Positions 15,607 to 30,808 of a stretch of 64,000 nucleotides of DNA are shown here, one piece after another. The stretch is taken from NCBI RefSeq assembly GCF_009914755.1, contig NC_060927.1, one strand, 5' to 3'. Position 1 is the stretch's first letter. Each line of letters starts with the position of its first letter. Source of the DNA: the human T2T-CHM13v2.0 reference genome, Homo sapiens. The position numbers were made by a program, and so were the translations under genes. The notes under the pieces are model-generated. The model saw nothing but the letters and a program-made list of their open reading frames with translations. It had not been told where the DNA came from and made no database searches.

Positions 15607-16072
15607 ATTTTTATGATTGAAATGTATCCTTCACCAAATTCATATGCTGAAGTCCTAATTCCCAGTATCTTAGAATAGAACCCTATTTGGAGATTGGTTC
15701 TCTATAAAGGGAATCAAGATAAATAAGATCTTGAGGGTGGTCCCTAATCCGGTATGACTGGTGTTCTTATAAAAAGGGGAAATTTGGGCCAGGAATAGTG
15801 GCTCATACCTGTAAATTCCAGCACTTTGGGAGGCTGAGGCAGAAAGATCACTTGAGGCCAGGAGTTTAAGACCAGCAGTGAAGACATGGGGAGAAGATGA
15901 TCATCTACAAGCCGACACATCCTTTTCTCATGGTGCTCAGAAGGCACCAACTCTACCAATGACTTGATTTTGGACTTCCAGCCTCCACAACTGTGAGACA
16001 ATGAATTTCTGTTGTTTAACACACTTTGTCTGTGGTACTTTGTTAATGCAGTACTAGTAAACTAAGAAACAC
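15607..16072 (+). mobile_element. MLT1 (MLT1B-like) LTR containing a 3'-truncated Alu left arm (15787-15876)
   Basis: aaattcatatgctgaagtcctaa...ggacttccagcctccacaactgtgagacaatgaatttctgttgtttaa...aaactaa. Confidence 0.8.
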
Positions 16073-16277
16073 ATCACAGACATCTTTCCACACCAATAAA
16101 CATAGATCTCCTTTTAATGATTGCATGTATAAGAGCTTTTCCTCCAAACAAAGTAGGTCTTGGCTTTAGAACAAAAGTTCCTTCAAAGCAATCTCTATCA
16201 GTTTTTCTCATGTAATTTTTGCTAAAGGAAACAGTGAAGTGGAAGAAAGATTTTCAGAATTGTGTAACAGAATATGC

Positions 16278-17524
16278 TGTAGAAGACCAAAAATATACCA
16301 CCCCAAAATATAATTATAGAAGACCAGAATATGCCTCCCTAAAATATGCCTCTTTGGCATAAGGATTATTTTGAGAAACTACAGACACCAGAACAGCTCT
16401 GAAAACAAAGAAGTTATCCTTTTGTAAGGGAAATTTACATTTATAAAGCAAGTCTCCATTCTCTGAACCAGGAAGATAATAAGGATGACTAAACTATAGA
16501 GCCTCATCAATGGAGAAGGCACAAACTTTAAAATCTGCATATCAAAACTTACTAATGTTTACAGTACTTTTCCTGGATACCTCCCCAAAATCTGCCTTCC
16601 CCTCACCCTTCTTAATCTCAGAGGAAGATGACATTTATGCCTGAAGCCTGTCACCTCTTTGAGAGTTACTCATTTCTCTGAGTACCTCTCATGTATACAT
16701 GATATGTACATGTGCATGTATTAAATTTCAGTTTTTCTGTTGTTAATCTGTCTTTTGTTACAGAGGTCCATCCCAACTAAGAACTGAGAAATAAAAATAA
16801 AATTCTAGAACCCCCAACCAAGTAAACAGATACCACTGTTAGCCAAGGGGACCTCAGAGAAACCCTGAAAACAGAGTTCACAGCCATGACAGGATGGGAG
16901 GTCCAACTCCGTCTCTAACTGCTCTTAGGCTTTCTTCCCTAAGGGCTAAACAGAAACCAGCCCTTTCAAACAACTCCACCCCCATTTCAATCAAGCCCAC
17001 TGACACTCCCCCATCCTTTTGTAGTTTCAACAAAGCAACTGACAGGTATTCCTGATAAGAGACCACTGACCACGAGAGTGGTTCTGGCCAGTCTATGGAG
17101 GATGTGCAGTGAGGGTCTTCGTGTCCTCTACTTCATCTTTTGATGTCAGAGGGCTGAAAACTCCACCCCTGGATCATGTTAATGCTGCATTTTTTTGAAC
17201 ATGGATCTCATGGAGCAGCATGAAGCTCAATTGCATGTGTACATATTTCTTTCATAAATATTCATGATTCCTCCTATAGCTTCTTGAATATGTATATTTG
17301 GCCACCTTGTTCAGTATAAATCCTGTCTTATTCTTCCCACCCTTGAAGTGCCTGTTTCTGGCTTCTGGCCAGAGACTATGCTTCCCAGCCTGTCAAAATG
17401 GTCACCCTACAGGCTGCGGCCGTTTGTGAGAAATAAAGCTCTCCTTTCCAAATTATGAACCTCATCATTGTTTAGTTGACAGAACTATGAAGAGTAAAGA
17501 AAAAAATATTTTTCCTCCCCTATG
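16278..17524 (+). mobile_element. MER34-family ERV1 solo LTR, split by a nested LTR
   Basis: aatatgcctctttggcataaggattattttgag start; resumes after 17485 and ends ttttcctccccta. Confidence 0.75.
16785..17481 (+). mobile_element. MER4-family (MER4D-like) ERV1 solo LTR nested in MER34
   Basis: tgagaaataaaaataaaatt...agttgaca; 4-bp TSD gaac (16781-16784, 17482-17485). Confidence 0.8.
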
Positions 17525-18047
17525 ATTTCTACACAAAGGTTAAAAATTGTTAATTTAGAAATTCCATTTGTCAGAATTGAATAACATGTAAACATGTTGG
17601 TAACAAGGGGTGCAATATACAAAAGGAATAATCTCTTAAATTGTTTTCAAAGAAAATGCCACTGTCCAACAGAAGGATTCCGAGTAGAAGGCAAAGGATC
17701 AGTGAGTAAGTGCCTCATATGCTATAATTTATCTATACTCTCTGCCTCCCACACACACAGACACAGACCTGAACGGGATCCTGAATGCAGATCGAGTAGC
17801 ACTTACCTCTCTGGACACAAGGTTGGCCTCCCTTGCACAACATCTGAAACTGGGGCTTCTAAGGGAGCTCCATTCTGCAGCAGGCTACTCTATGTTTTGT
17901 TTTAATTAAAAATCTCTTTTTAATACAAAAGAATACTCATCATAGAAAAAGAAATCAAATAGAAAGAAAAATACTCATAATATATCCAATACCAGAGAGA
18001 AGTTTTAAAATCCTGGCAAATGTACTTACAGAATTTTTATGTATATA

Positions 18048-18811
<764 letters not shown>

Positions 18812-18813
18812 TA

Positions 18814-19144
18814 CAGTCATCCCTCAGTACCCATGGGGGATTGGTTCCAGGACTCCGCCTGGATATCAAAATCCATGTATGCTCAAGCTCCCTACATAAA
18901 AAGATAATAATGTCTGCATATCCTCCCATATGCTTTAGATCATCTCTAAATTGCTTATGACACCTAATACAACGTAAATTCCATGTAAATAGTTATTATA
19001 CTTTATTCTTCATGGGAAAGTGACAAGAAAAAGTTTGTACATGTTCAATATAGATGCAATCATCCATATTTTTTCCTGAATATTTTCAATCCTTAGTTGG
19101 TTGAATCTAGGGATGCAGAACCCACAGATACGGAGGGCTGACTG
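18814..19144 (+). mobile_element. MER2 (TcMar-Tigger), full length
   Basis: TIRs cagtcatccctc...ggagggctgactg with TA on both sides. Confidence 0.88.
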
Positions 19145-19661
19145 TATGCCCTTTTTCAACTTTTTATGAAAATGGCTACAGGCCATAATCATGTTTACAA
19201 CCTTTTTAATTCAACATACCATGTCAATAAATTTCTACAATACTATTTAAAATACTGCAGAACATTTCATCACATAAATATGCCACAACTTATTGCCCAA
19301 TTCCCTATGGCCGAACATTACGATGATGTTTAACTTTTTTCTCTATGACGGATTACGGTTCAACAAACTCTCTGTATCTAAATCTTAGCATAACTTTAAA
19401 AAGATTTTGTGAAAATAAACTTCTAGAAGAGGAACTGCTAAGTTTTTTTTTTTTATAAATACTGCCAGCTCACAACTAAAAAAAATTGTAACAATTTGTA
19501 TTCTCAGTCGTGTGTGAGCTGTCCTCTGCCCTATCACTCTCCAACATCTTTCTTTCTTAAACAATTTCAGAGGCAAAAAAAATCCAAACCAGTATTTTAT
19601 TGTTTTAATTCATTGTTCATGTCCCTGCATAATGCAGGGTAAAGAAAAGTTAAGAAGTTTC

Positions 19662-19997
<336 letters not shown>

Positions 19998-20000
19998 CTA

Positions 20001-20565
<565 letters not shown>

Positions 20566-20942
20566 CTACCTCAACCTTGAGGTCCAACTGCCTAGTTATG
20601 ATGTCCCCAGAACCCACTAGAAGCCTCTTCCCACCTTCAACAAGCTTATCTAAAGCTCAAGGTCTGGTTTTAACCCAGCATTTAGCTCAAGGAAAAAAGC
20701 ACAGAGTAGTCCTTTGCTGCTTCCCCCACATTTATCTTTCTCTTCTCACTCTTTTCAAAATACTTCCGTTATCAAAGCCATGTCAGTAACAGCCACTACA
20801 CAAATGATAGAAACAGGGCCATTTCACAAGATGTGTGGCAGGGGCTGAGAAGCGCTGGGCTGCAGTTTATAACAGTGCTTTCACAGTCACAGTCTCTAAT
20901 CCTCCCAGCTCTGTCTTGGCCACAAGCAAGGCTGGTTACTGT

Positions 20943-21097
20943 TTTTTTTGTTTTGTTTCGAGACAGGGTCTTGCTCTGTCACCCAGGCTGGAGTACAGTG
21001 GCATGATCACGGCTCACTGCAGCCTCACTCTCCCAGGCTGCCACCTCAGCCTCCTGAGTAGTTGGGACTACAGGCCTATGCACAACACCATGCCCAG

Positions 21098-21139
<42 letters not shown>

Positions 21140-21257
21140 TAGAGATGGGGTTTCACCAAGTTGCCCAGGCTGGTGTCAAGCTCCTGAGCTCGAGGGATCT
21201 TCCTGCCTCAGCCTCCCAAAGTACTGGTATTACAGACATGAGCCACTGCACCCAGCT
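20943..21257 (-). mobile_element. AluJ with a long T-tract linker, inside a MIR
   Basis: gatcacggctcactgcagcctc J-type sequence; T run at about 21100-21138. Confidence 0.88.
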
Positions 21258-23503
21258 CCTGATTACCATTATTCTCATTTTACACAATCCTGGGGCTGAA
21301 AGAGTAAACCATTTGCCCAAATCATAATTTGCGGATGCGAGGTGTCAGGACTGAAGGATCCACATTTCTGTGCTCCTCACCTCATGACCAGGAAGCATGC
21401 AGAACCATTCTGTTCCTACAGATCACAGCACAAAGGCTCACATACACACTCTGATGCTCACCTAGCATGGCCTTCCCCCTAGAAGAAAGAAGACGCTTGG
21501 GAGCAAGCTGGCCTATCCACCCGCCAATTCATCCGGAACGGAATGAGAACACACACAGCAAACTCCTCTAGGGTAAAATTCACAGAAAAGAAAACACAAT
21601 TTATAAGCAAAGACGTAATAAGAAAGGGTAAGGAATTGTTCTGCAAATGGTTTGAAAGTTTCATTCAAGTGTTTACATTTCTGTCAGTTCTCTAATCAGA
21701 AATCATTTAACACACATCATATAAAACAAAAAGAAACAAAACCTAAAATGCTGCTTTACTGACTCACTTCAGAAGTCTTCTGATTAATCTACTGTCATTT
21801 CTCAGCAAATACTGGATAGTAGATCAGTTTTTTTCTCTGGCAGAACGTAACCTTACAAACTAAGGGTCAACAAGCATGAAATTAAACCATTTTCTTCAGA
21901 CTGCTTCACCTTTGTTCACTCATACTCCACACACATATCTCAAAGAACCTCTAAGTGTCCAGATATTTAATCTGGATTTTATGGAAATTCTTTTATTTTG
22001 CAAGGAGAATAGGATGTCTCTAAGAATTCCTGAAGAATATTCTAATATTCTAACTTGAGCTTGATAGCATATACAAACTGGGCCTTAGCTCTACCCAGTA
22101 AACACCTGCCATTCCCTTTTAAAACTTAATTGCTGTTTTTAGATCAAATAGCCACCCAAAGTAGCAGGCAAGAACATGACTACATACTTCTCTTTTCCAC
22201 CTAGAATTAATTTCACTAGTGCCAATTATTTTCAGGAAAGAAATGCATCTCCAAATGGCACTTGAAAAAAGAAAAAAAACTGGGCAAAAATTTCACACCT
22301 CCAGGCAAATCCTTTACATCATTTGAGCTTTAGCAAATGAAACTCTGGAGAGACAAGTGCATTTATCAGGAATCTGCTTCATTAATCTGAAAGGGAAAAT
22401 TATGTTAAGGAATAAGCCACCATTAATTAACGTTTATTGTATCCCCACTGGGTAAATGACACTGCAGTCACCATTTTACAGAAGAGAGAACACAATTCCT
22501 GCACACGAACTGCTTACAATGTAATCCTCAAGGCACACAAATATGACACAGAATAATGATATATAATACACAGTGCTTTGCAAAAGAGCTAACCGCCCTT
22601 TGCAGACACCTGCATTTAGAACTGCTTTCTACTCCTTCTCCACACTTCCTCACTGCTCTGAGCATGCACTTTTAAAAAGAGTACATGTAAGAGTATATAG
22701 TCCATGATCACTGTTCATATAAACACACAGAATGAACTCACTATAACGAATATAGTTCCACATATATCTCTCTCCACGGCCCAGCCTGCTGGTGGAATCA
22801 GTCAATTAATTCACTGCCAAACTCTTTCTGGGCAGGGCCCATAATGTCTTATTCAAAGGAGATGCCTGATGTATGTTTGTTGGGTGGATAAATGGAGGAG
22901 AGGGGACGGGAGAGAAGAAATGGGAAGACAGGGCAAGTGAAAGGAAGGGCGATTAAAGGGAGGCAAAACAGGGGAAGAAGAGAAGGGAAGAATAAAGAAA
23001 GAGGAACGAAGGAAGAAGGATCGAGTTCCAAAGCTTCTAGAAGTTTTAAGATGCCAGCACGGTTCTCCAGCAAATTTGAGAACTCCTTTTCATTGCCCCT
23101 AGTTTGTTGTTACTACTTTCACTCAAGGAATAAAAGATCTTGTCTCTTTTTAGCCTGGGACCTTGAAGCTTCAGGCTTAACCATTATTTCTCTCCAGTAC
23201 CAATCTCCCAGCAAGGGTGGAGCATTTTAACTGCACATTATATATCTCTGGACACACAATCCCAAATTTCTTAGAGCCTCTAACTTAATCTATATGATCG
23301 TGGGATAAAGAAGGCATTATCTGAATGAGTTCCAGGCTCAACTTCCAGTGAAGTCCATGACATGTTTTTCTCCTAGTCAATTTTTATTCCTTCTTCGACC
23401 CCGGCTTACAGGTTGTTTTCACCAGATAGCCTTCCATCATCCTCCCAAAAGGCCATGATCCCCATCATCCATAAAACACATCATGGTTGTAATTAACTAA
23501 CTA

Positions 23504-23824
23504 CTTTTTTTCTTTTTTTTTCTGGAGACAGGGTCTTGCTCTGTCACCCAGGCTGGAGTGCAGCGGCGAGATCATGGCTCACTGCAACCTCTGCCTCCTG
23601 GCCTCAGATAGTCCTCCCACCTCAGTCTACCAAGTAGCTGGGATTACAGGCATGTGCCACCATGCCCAACTAATTTTTGTGTTTTGTTTTGTTTTTGTTT
23701 TTTTTTTGTAGAGACATGATTTCACCACGTTATCCAGGCTGGTCTAGAACCCCTGAGCAAGTGATCTGCCCACCTCAGCCTCCCAAAGTGCTAGGATTAC
23801 AGCCATGAGTCACTGTGCCCAGCC
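23504..23824 (-). mobile_element. AluJ within an L2 remnant (about 23380-24005)
   Basis: Alu reverse complement; the flank ends gagtgaatgaatgaat. Confidence 0.85.
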
Positions 23825-24806
23825 TCTACTGATGTGTTATGTTACTAATTTGTTAATTTCTCTTGCCCTTACCAGGCTCTCGGTGCCACTTTGTCTCTTC
23901 TGTTCACTGTTGTTTCCCCAAACCTAGGACAAGATGTGGCAAACTGTGGGCAAAAAAATATCAGCTGAAAGCATGAGTGAGTGAGTGAATGAATGAATCA
24001 ATGAATATACAAAGGAGAGCACCCAGGCATCTCTTTGAGAGCTGGGAAGGGGCTGTTCTCCTCCCTTCGGACAGGTAAGAAGATTGGTCTCAATGCCACT
24101 ATGAGATGGATCCATTTGAACAAAAACAATGTATACACCCAATCTAAGTGACAGCCAGTGGGACTTTAAAATTAGCAAGTGAAAAAGGAGGTACAATACC
24201 ATTTCTGGGGATAAGTAGGACCAGGTTTGGGTTTTTTTTCTTGCTCTATCAAGACTGAGAAGTTCAGTAGTCAGGGGACAAGGTTTCATATTTTCCTTGT
24301 ATACCTCCCAGGGTTTAGTTGATCATGGTCACAGAGAAAGTTTAGTAACAAAGAAGTGAAACAACCCACACTCATGCAAGGAGAAGGGGATTTGTTGCAT
24401 GGATACAGGAAAGAGTGCCCAGAAACTACTTGAAAGAGCTACTCTTTCTTTCCTTCAGAGATATGGCCGTCTCTTATTTCTCTCTATCCCCTGGTCTCTA
24501 TGGTCTCTGGTTTTCACACCTTTCTCTCCTCTTCTTGCTCAACTCAACTTCCTCCACTTGCAACAAAGCCCAGCAGAGCCGCTGGAGCCAAATCTACCCA
24601 ATCCTCTAGTTTCTTCTCCTAATTCAGATGAGAGAAAGTGAGTTTACGTTATTGGCTCTGGGTCACATGCCTGCCTGAGCCCACTCAGCTGACACTGGAG
24701 ATGTGGAAAACAGTGGCCATGTGACACACCATGTGGACACAGATCCCCCACTTCAACATAGGGTCTTCCCTCTGCCCACTGCTCTGTGATGTTTGGCCCA
24801 ATGTAG

Positions 24807-25111
24807 TTTTTTTTTTTTTTTTTTTTTTTTTGAGACACGGTCTCACTTCATCACCACCCAAGCTAGAGTGCAGTGGCACAATCATTGCTCATTGCAGACT
24901 CAACCTCCAGGACTCAGATGATCCTCTGAGCTCAGCTTCCCAAGTAGCTGGGAGTATAGGCTAACACCATGACACCCAGATAATTTTTATTTTGGTAGAG
25001 ATGGGGTCTCATTATGTTGCCCAGGCTGGTCTTGAACTCCTAGCCTCAAGCAATCTTCCTCCTCAGCCCCTCAAATTGCTGGGATTACAGGTATGAGCCA
25101 CTGTGCTGGCC
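24807..25111 (-). mobile_element. AluJ
   Basis: Poly(T); TSD cca[a/g]tgtag. Confidence 0.88.
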
Positions 25112-26307
25112 CCAGTGTAGAATTCTGACATTCATGAGCTATAAGGATACATACTATTTACAAATACTTTTAAAACTCACTTCACAAGATTTGTAGGTCA
25201 ACTGGAACATCAGTTAAGGCTTTTATCCAAGACAATTAATCAAATAATGGAGCATTTCTCTAAACTTAATGCTGGCATGACATGAATGCCAGGTTACAAA
25301 GCTTCCTGTCAGAGGGCCTGAAAGTGTACTAACTTCTTATAAATGCCTGTGATAAACACCCAGCTGTAACCAAGCCCAGAACACCCCACCTCCTCTTTCT
25401 TTCATTTGCAGTACAATCTCATAATGAAAAGCCAATAGAATCTGCCAGGTTATAGAGGAGATTAAAAAGAGATGAGGGCTCAATCCACAGTCCTCTCTAA
25501 GCTTAGCCTTTCCCTGGTGATTCCTAAGTCTAGAAAACAACCCAATTAGCTACGTTATACTACTTTTTCATATCAGGTCTGGAGGGCTATACTTTCATTA
25601 ACTTTGTGGAAATTAAAATTACCACTGAGGAGCTCTGGATTTTGCTACAATATTAGCCAATTCTCTCTTTCAAGAGCCCTCTTGTGTTTTGCTCATGCAG
25701 TTGTGATTAAAACAGTTCCCTCTGTTCATGGGAATAAGTTCTTCTCCCACGACCATCACTAAGCCAGTGAGAAAAAAACTCAACTGTGGTCCCTGCAATA
25801 ACCACTTGGAAAGTACAGGATCTAAAAAATATAATTGTGTGTAATTCTCACAAACGGTGGCTTTGTATCTTGTCCCTGCCTCCTCATAAATACACTACCT
25901 ACTTGGGCAACATGACACCTCTTGAATTCCTGTCAGGTTACATCTGCCTAGAAAGCTTTTCCTCCCCATCTCTCATGGTCAAAGTCCTACCAGGCTTCCA
26001 ATGCCCTTCCTCAGTTCTTCATGAAGCCTTCCTTATCTCCCACTTAGAAGTCCCTGTGTCCCCCAAGTCTCTCAGAGCCCTCCCGTGAGCACTTGCCCTT
26101 CTCTTCTGTAAGGCCTTGAGGTCTGGGGAGCAGGCCCATGTCCCCACTCCCATAGCACCTGGCTAGTGCAAGGTGACCCTAATTAAGTGTTTAATGAACC
26201 ACTGAATGCACCCTTCAGGCTCTGGGTCTAGCCTCAGACTTCAGATTTGTTTCTTCCAGGTGAAAATGCTCTGCTTCAGTTATCACAATTGTGTCAGTAG
26301 TCGGGGC

Positions 26308-26822
26308 TGTCACAAGGCGAACCTCAAAATTTGGGTTCAGCCTGGGAGGTCACATGGGTCGTTGGCTTCATGTAGAAAGGAATTCAAAAGCCAGCCTACA
26401 GAGTAAAGTAAAAGCAAGTTTATTAAGAAAGTAAAGGAGTAAAGGATACTCGATAGAGCAGCCCTGAGGACTACTGGTTGGCTATTTTTATGGTTATTTC
26501 TTGATCGTGCGCTAAAAAAGAGACAGATTGTTCATGAGTTTTCCGGGAAAGGGGTGGGGAATTCCCAGAACTGAGGGTTCCTCCTCCTTTTAGGCCATAT
26601 AGGGTAGTTTCCAGACATTGCCATGGTATTTGTAAACTGTCATGGCGCTGGTGGGAGTGTCTCTTAGCATGTTAATGCATTATAATTAGCATATGACCAG
26701 TAGTGAGGACCACGAGAGGTCACGTTCATGGCCACCTTGGTTTTGGTAGGCATCTCTTTTTATCAGGGGAGGTTTTTGCGACCCATACCTTGCAAAACCA
26801 GTCCTACCAAACTCCTATCTCA
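26308..26822 (-). mobile_element. MER41-family (MER41C/D-like) ERV1 solo LTR, same sense as the host gene
   Basis: TG...CA ends, TSD gggc (26304-26307, 26823-26826); matches recalled MER41 sequence (tttgtaaactgtcatggcgctggtgggagtgtc). Confidence 0.88.
26541..26570. promoter_or_regulatory. Tandem GAS (STAT) motifs with an overlapping NF-kB consensus
   Basis: TTCCGGGAA at 26541-26549, TTCCCAGAA at 26562-26570, GGGAATTCCC at 26557-26566. Motifs are seen in the sequence; function is untested. Confidence 0.55.
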
Positions 26823-27639
26823 GGGCTGCCCAATTTTTGGCTAATCTGACCATTTATAGAAGGAAAATGCATTTTCTCCTTCAGTTCAGAAAATAATTAG
26901 AAATTGTCTCCCTTTAGACTTATCTGTGTACTATTAATTCACCACCTTTAAACGAAGCTTTTAGAAAATGTGTAATATTAGTACTCTTGCAGATATTTTT
27001 TCAGATTTCCCAGATGTAAAATAAACACATGTTGTAATTCTTTCCACACTACAACATAAATACATATTTCACTCCAGGGATAAATTGGCCTATGTTCATG
27101 TAAATTTAGTAGCAATAAAAGGTAACCGGCAGCCTGAGGAAATGCTCACTGGCTCCCTTCCTAGGCTTCTGACTGTATACTTCACCCTCTGTGCCACCCC
27201 AACGCATCAGGAACCCAAACCTACATACACCTCTAAACAAGGCAATTCCTCTAGTTAAAACAATAATATTGCTTCGAATTGAAATATATGCTAGATTTTA
27301 ATCAAGCTCCATTTATTTCACAAACAATTTCCTCAGCATTCACATTGGGTAGGTATTACCCCTTAAAGGGTCTTAGAGCTCTGAAAAGTTAATCTGAAGA
27401 ACAATGACCATTTTTGCCCATTCCATTGCTGCCCCCTGCTGACAAAAGAATGGACACCTTTGGCAGACACTGCACTTTCCTGAGAAGACGGCAGCCGCGG
27501 AAAAATAAGCCAACTGAACTACTGAGTGCCAAGCCCCATGGAAAGTAAGAAAGGGGCCCTTAAGAAGTGGTACCCAAATGGTCTTAAGAATGAACAGAGG
27601 AGACAAAACATGCAAGCATGAAATAATCAAAGAACAGAC

Positions 27640-27960
<321 letters not shown>

Positions 27961-27964
27961 CAGA

Positions 27965-28123
27965 ATAAAAATATATTTTATTAAAAATATATTTTTATAT
28001 TATAACTCATTATAAAAATATATTTTATTAAAAATATATTTTTACATTATAACTCATTATAAAAATATATTTTATTAAAAATATATTTTTATATTATAAC
28101 TCATTATAAAAATATATGAGTTA
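27965..28123. repeat. AT-rich 47-bp minisatellite, about 3.2 copies
   Basis: tataactcat recurs at 28001, 28048 and 28095. Confidence 0.92.
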
Positions 28124-28982
28124 GACTGTAGCTGTGCAGACTACAGGATTTGGGAAAAGGAGAGGCAGATGAAGATGGAGACGCCATATAGGCTGTCAGT
28201 TCCCAACCTTTTCACCACTAAGGAACCCCACCTCACCCACTTCTTGCTTTCAGTTATTTGTCTACATAAGAAAACCAGATTTCCCAGCAAATGCTCACTT
28301 AACTCCAGCCAAGAGCAAAGAAACAGATAACTGCTTGATTGTAGGTATTTTTAAATGGTGAAAATAGTTCATGGATCCCCTAAGAAAGAAGGTTCTGAAA
28401 TCTATGGACCCTGCAATGCCATCTCAATGGGTTTTTCAAGGGGTTTGGGAATATCCACAAAATATATTTGATGACAAGGTTCTGCCTGTACCTAGAAGCA
28501 TTTTCCTCCTAAGGAAAGAGTCCTTGACTTTCATTAGATTCTCAAAGAAACTTGTGGTCAAAGATAAAGCAATCAATAAAAAAACCAAAACTTGTAGTCT
28601 CAGGGATGTCAGGCAAGGGACTACTGATACAGATAAAGAGAAAAGGTGCAGGGAGCATTTTCCCATTTCTGTCCTGAGAGGCTAATGTTCAGGTTTAAAC
28701 TGAATTTTAAAATGCCTATTTTTCCTTTCCTCTGGAAAAAAGTTGGGGGACGGGGGTTATACCAACTCTACAATGCTGTTAATGCCATATCATTCCCCAT
28801 CAACAATTTCAAAGATTAAAAAATAATCGACCCAAATAGCCCATTTCTTAAGCATTTATCCTGTGTGGTCTGTTCTCCTTGATGAACAGGTCATCTCTGT
28901 TTGTAAAGCTGGTTTGAGAAACAGGAGTCCATTGTCTGACACTTGCTATGTTTACTATCAGCTAAAATGCCTGTAGGAACTA

Positions 28983-29281
<299 letters not shown>

Positions 29282-29419
29282 AAGGGAACTAGTTTTGAGC
29301 TCAGCTTCACGGAAAACTAACAATACATAATAAAATACGAGAAAATACAAGCTCCTACTCAGTTAATTTGTTTACTGGTCGAGGGAGCACCCCATTCTCC
29401 CCATTCTAGGAAGTGGCAC

Positions 29420-29630
29420 AGTTTAGTGTCTAGGAGTGTAGGCTGAGGACACCACTTATTAACTGTAATCTTGGGCATGTTTAATCTTCCTTGGCCTCAG
29501 TTTCCTTACCTGTAAAATGGGGCTCACAATAGTTCTCATCACATAGGCTTATCATGAGGAATGAATCAGTCCATATATGTGAATCACTCAGAAATGCTGC
29601 TAATACACAGCAAGTGTTACGTAAGTGTTT
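29420..29630 (+). mobile_element. MIR
   Basis: cttgggcatgtttaatc...gcctcagtttccttacctgtaaaatgggg core. Confidence 0.75.
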
Positions 29631-29768
29631 GTGTCTGTTGCTGTCCCTGCTACTACCAGTTATTACCCTGAAGGTTAAATGAGATTACACTCAGAGTGCT
29701 TAAAACAGTGACAGGCATGTAGGAAACACTGAATAAATGTTATCACAGATACAGAATTTCTATGCTAT

Positions 29769-30416
29769 TGTGGCAGGCCAGGTCTAACTAACAGCTGAAC
29801 AGGCAGGCCTCCATGACAACTGTTTCAGCACTAACTGAGTGGGTAAGTTCAATATTAAAAGCTGATAGAGCCAGTGTCCTTATGCAAAGGCTGGAATGTC
29901 ACAAACACCCACCAAGAGTTTTGCCCAGGCCTTTCCTTGGCTTTGAAGCATGACAAGATAAAGAAGGAATTATTAACAGGACCCATTTAGGATTAAATGA
30001 GTTTTATTGGGGGTCTGAAGGAACTCCCCAGACCTCCACAAACAAGTTTTATTGGGGTATAAAGGAACTCCCCAAACCTCCATGATTTAGCAGGAGACAA
30101 GACAAAGGTAATCACCCCTGTCACCTGGACCCATCTAGATTAAGTAAATTTACTAAGGCTCCAGAGGAAGGTCTTCAGGACTCGGACCTTAATCACTCAT
30201 GTCTTTAGATGAATGCACACTTACATGTCGACATATAGCTTAGAAGGTATATACGCTCTGGAAAACTTCGTAATTTTGAGTTGGTCTGACGATATTTTCC
30301 CGGCCTTCTCCCTATAACCCGTTACAGAAATCAACTCTCTTCTTTCTCAGTTCCTCTGCATCTTGTTATTGGGCCGCAAGAATAAGCAGCCCAACCCTCA
30401 GTTTGGTCCGGGAACA
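29769..30416 (+). mobile_element. MER39 ERV1 solo LTR
   Basis: tgtggcaggccaggtct...tttggtccgggaaca; TSD ctat (29765-29768, 30417-30420). Confidence 0.88.
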
Positions 30417-30546
30417 CTATGTCATTTTAGCCAGACATCATGAAACATGTTCATTTAAGAAACAATAGATTCAGTGTAAAACATATTACACTTCTCTTGC
30501 AGAATCATTTGCCTAGCAGATTTTTTTTAAGTCACCAAATCAGTTA

Positions 30547-30692
30547 CAGCTGATTCTCATTATGCACAGTAGTTATGTTCTATTAAAGTCTCCACAAACA
30601 CTGAATTAGACAATACTAAACGTTTGCTCCTAGGGAAATACAGGGTTAGGTTACCCCGAACCTCTGGTCACAACATTTTTATCAACCAAAAT
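30547..30692 (+). mobile_element. MER82-like (Tigger) 5' fragment; continues at 31712-31886
   Basis: TA followed by cagctgattctcatta...gggaaatacagggttagg; later gattcattaacatagaactcac...aacagcaaaatcacc. Confidence 0.7.
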
Positions 30693-30808
30693 GCCATTAG
30701 CTTTATACAGGTTCAACTGCCAAGGTCCTTATAAAATAAGCCAGTTTTATTAGTATTGAAAACCAGCCGTTCCACATAACCCCTTTCCTTTTTAACATTT
30801 AGCAGGTA

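Noticed and set aside
16278-16350. ~37-bp duplication at the MER34 5' end
   Set aside because: I recall it as part of some MER34 subfamily consensi, so it is probably not locus-specific.
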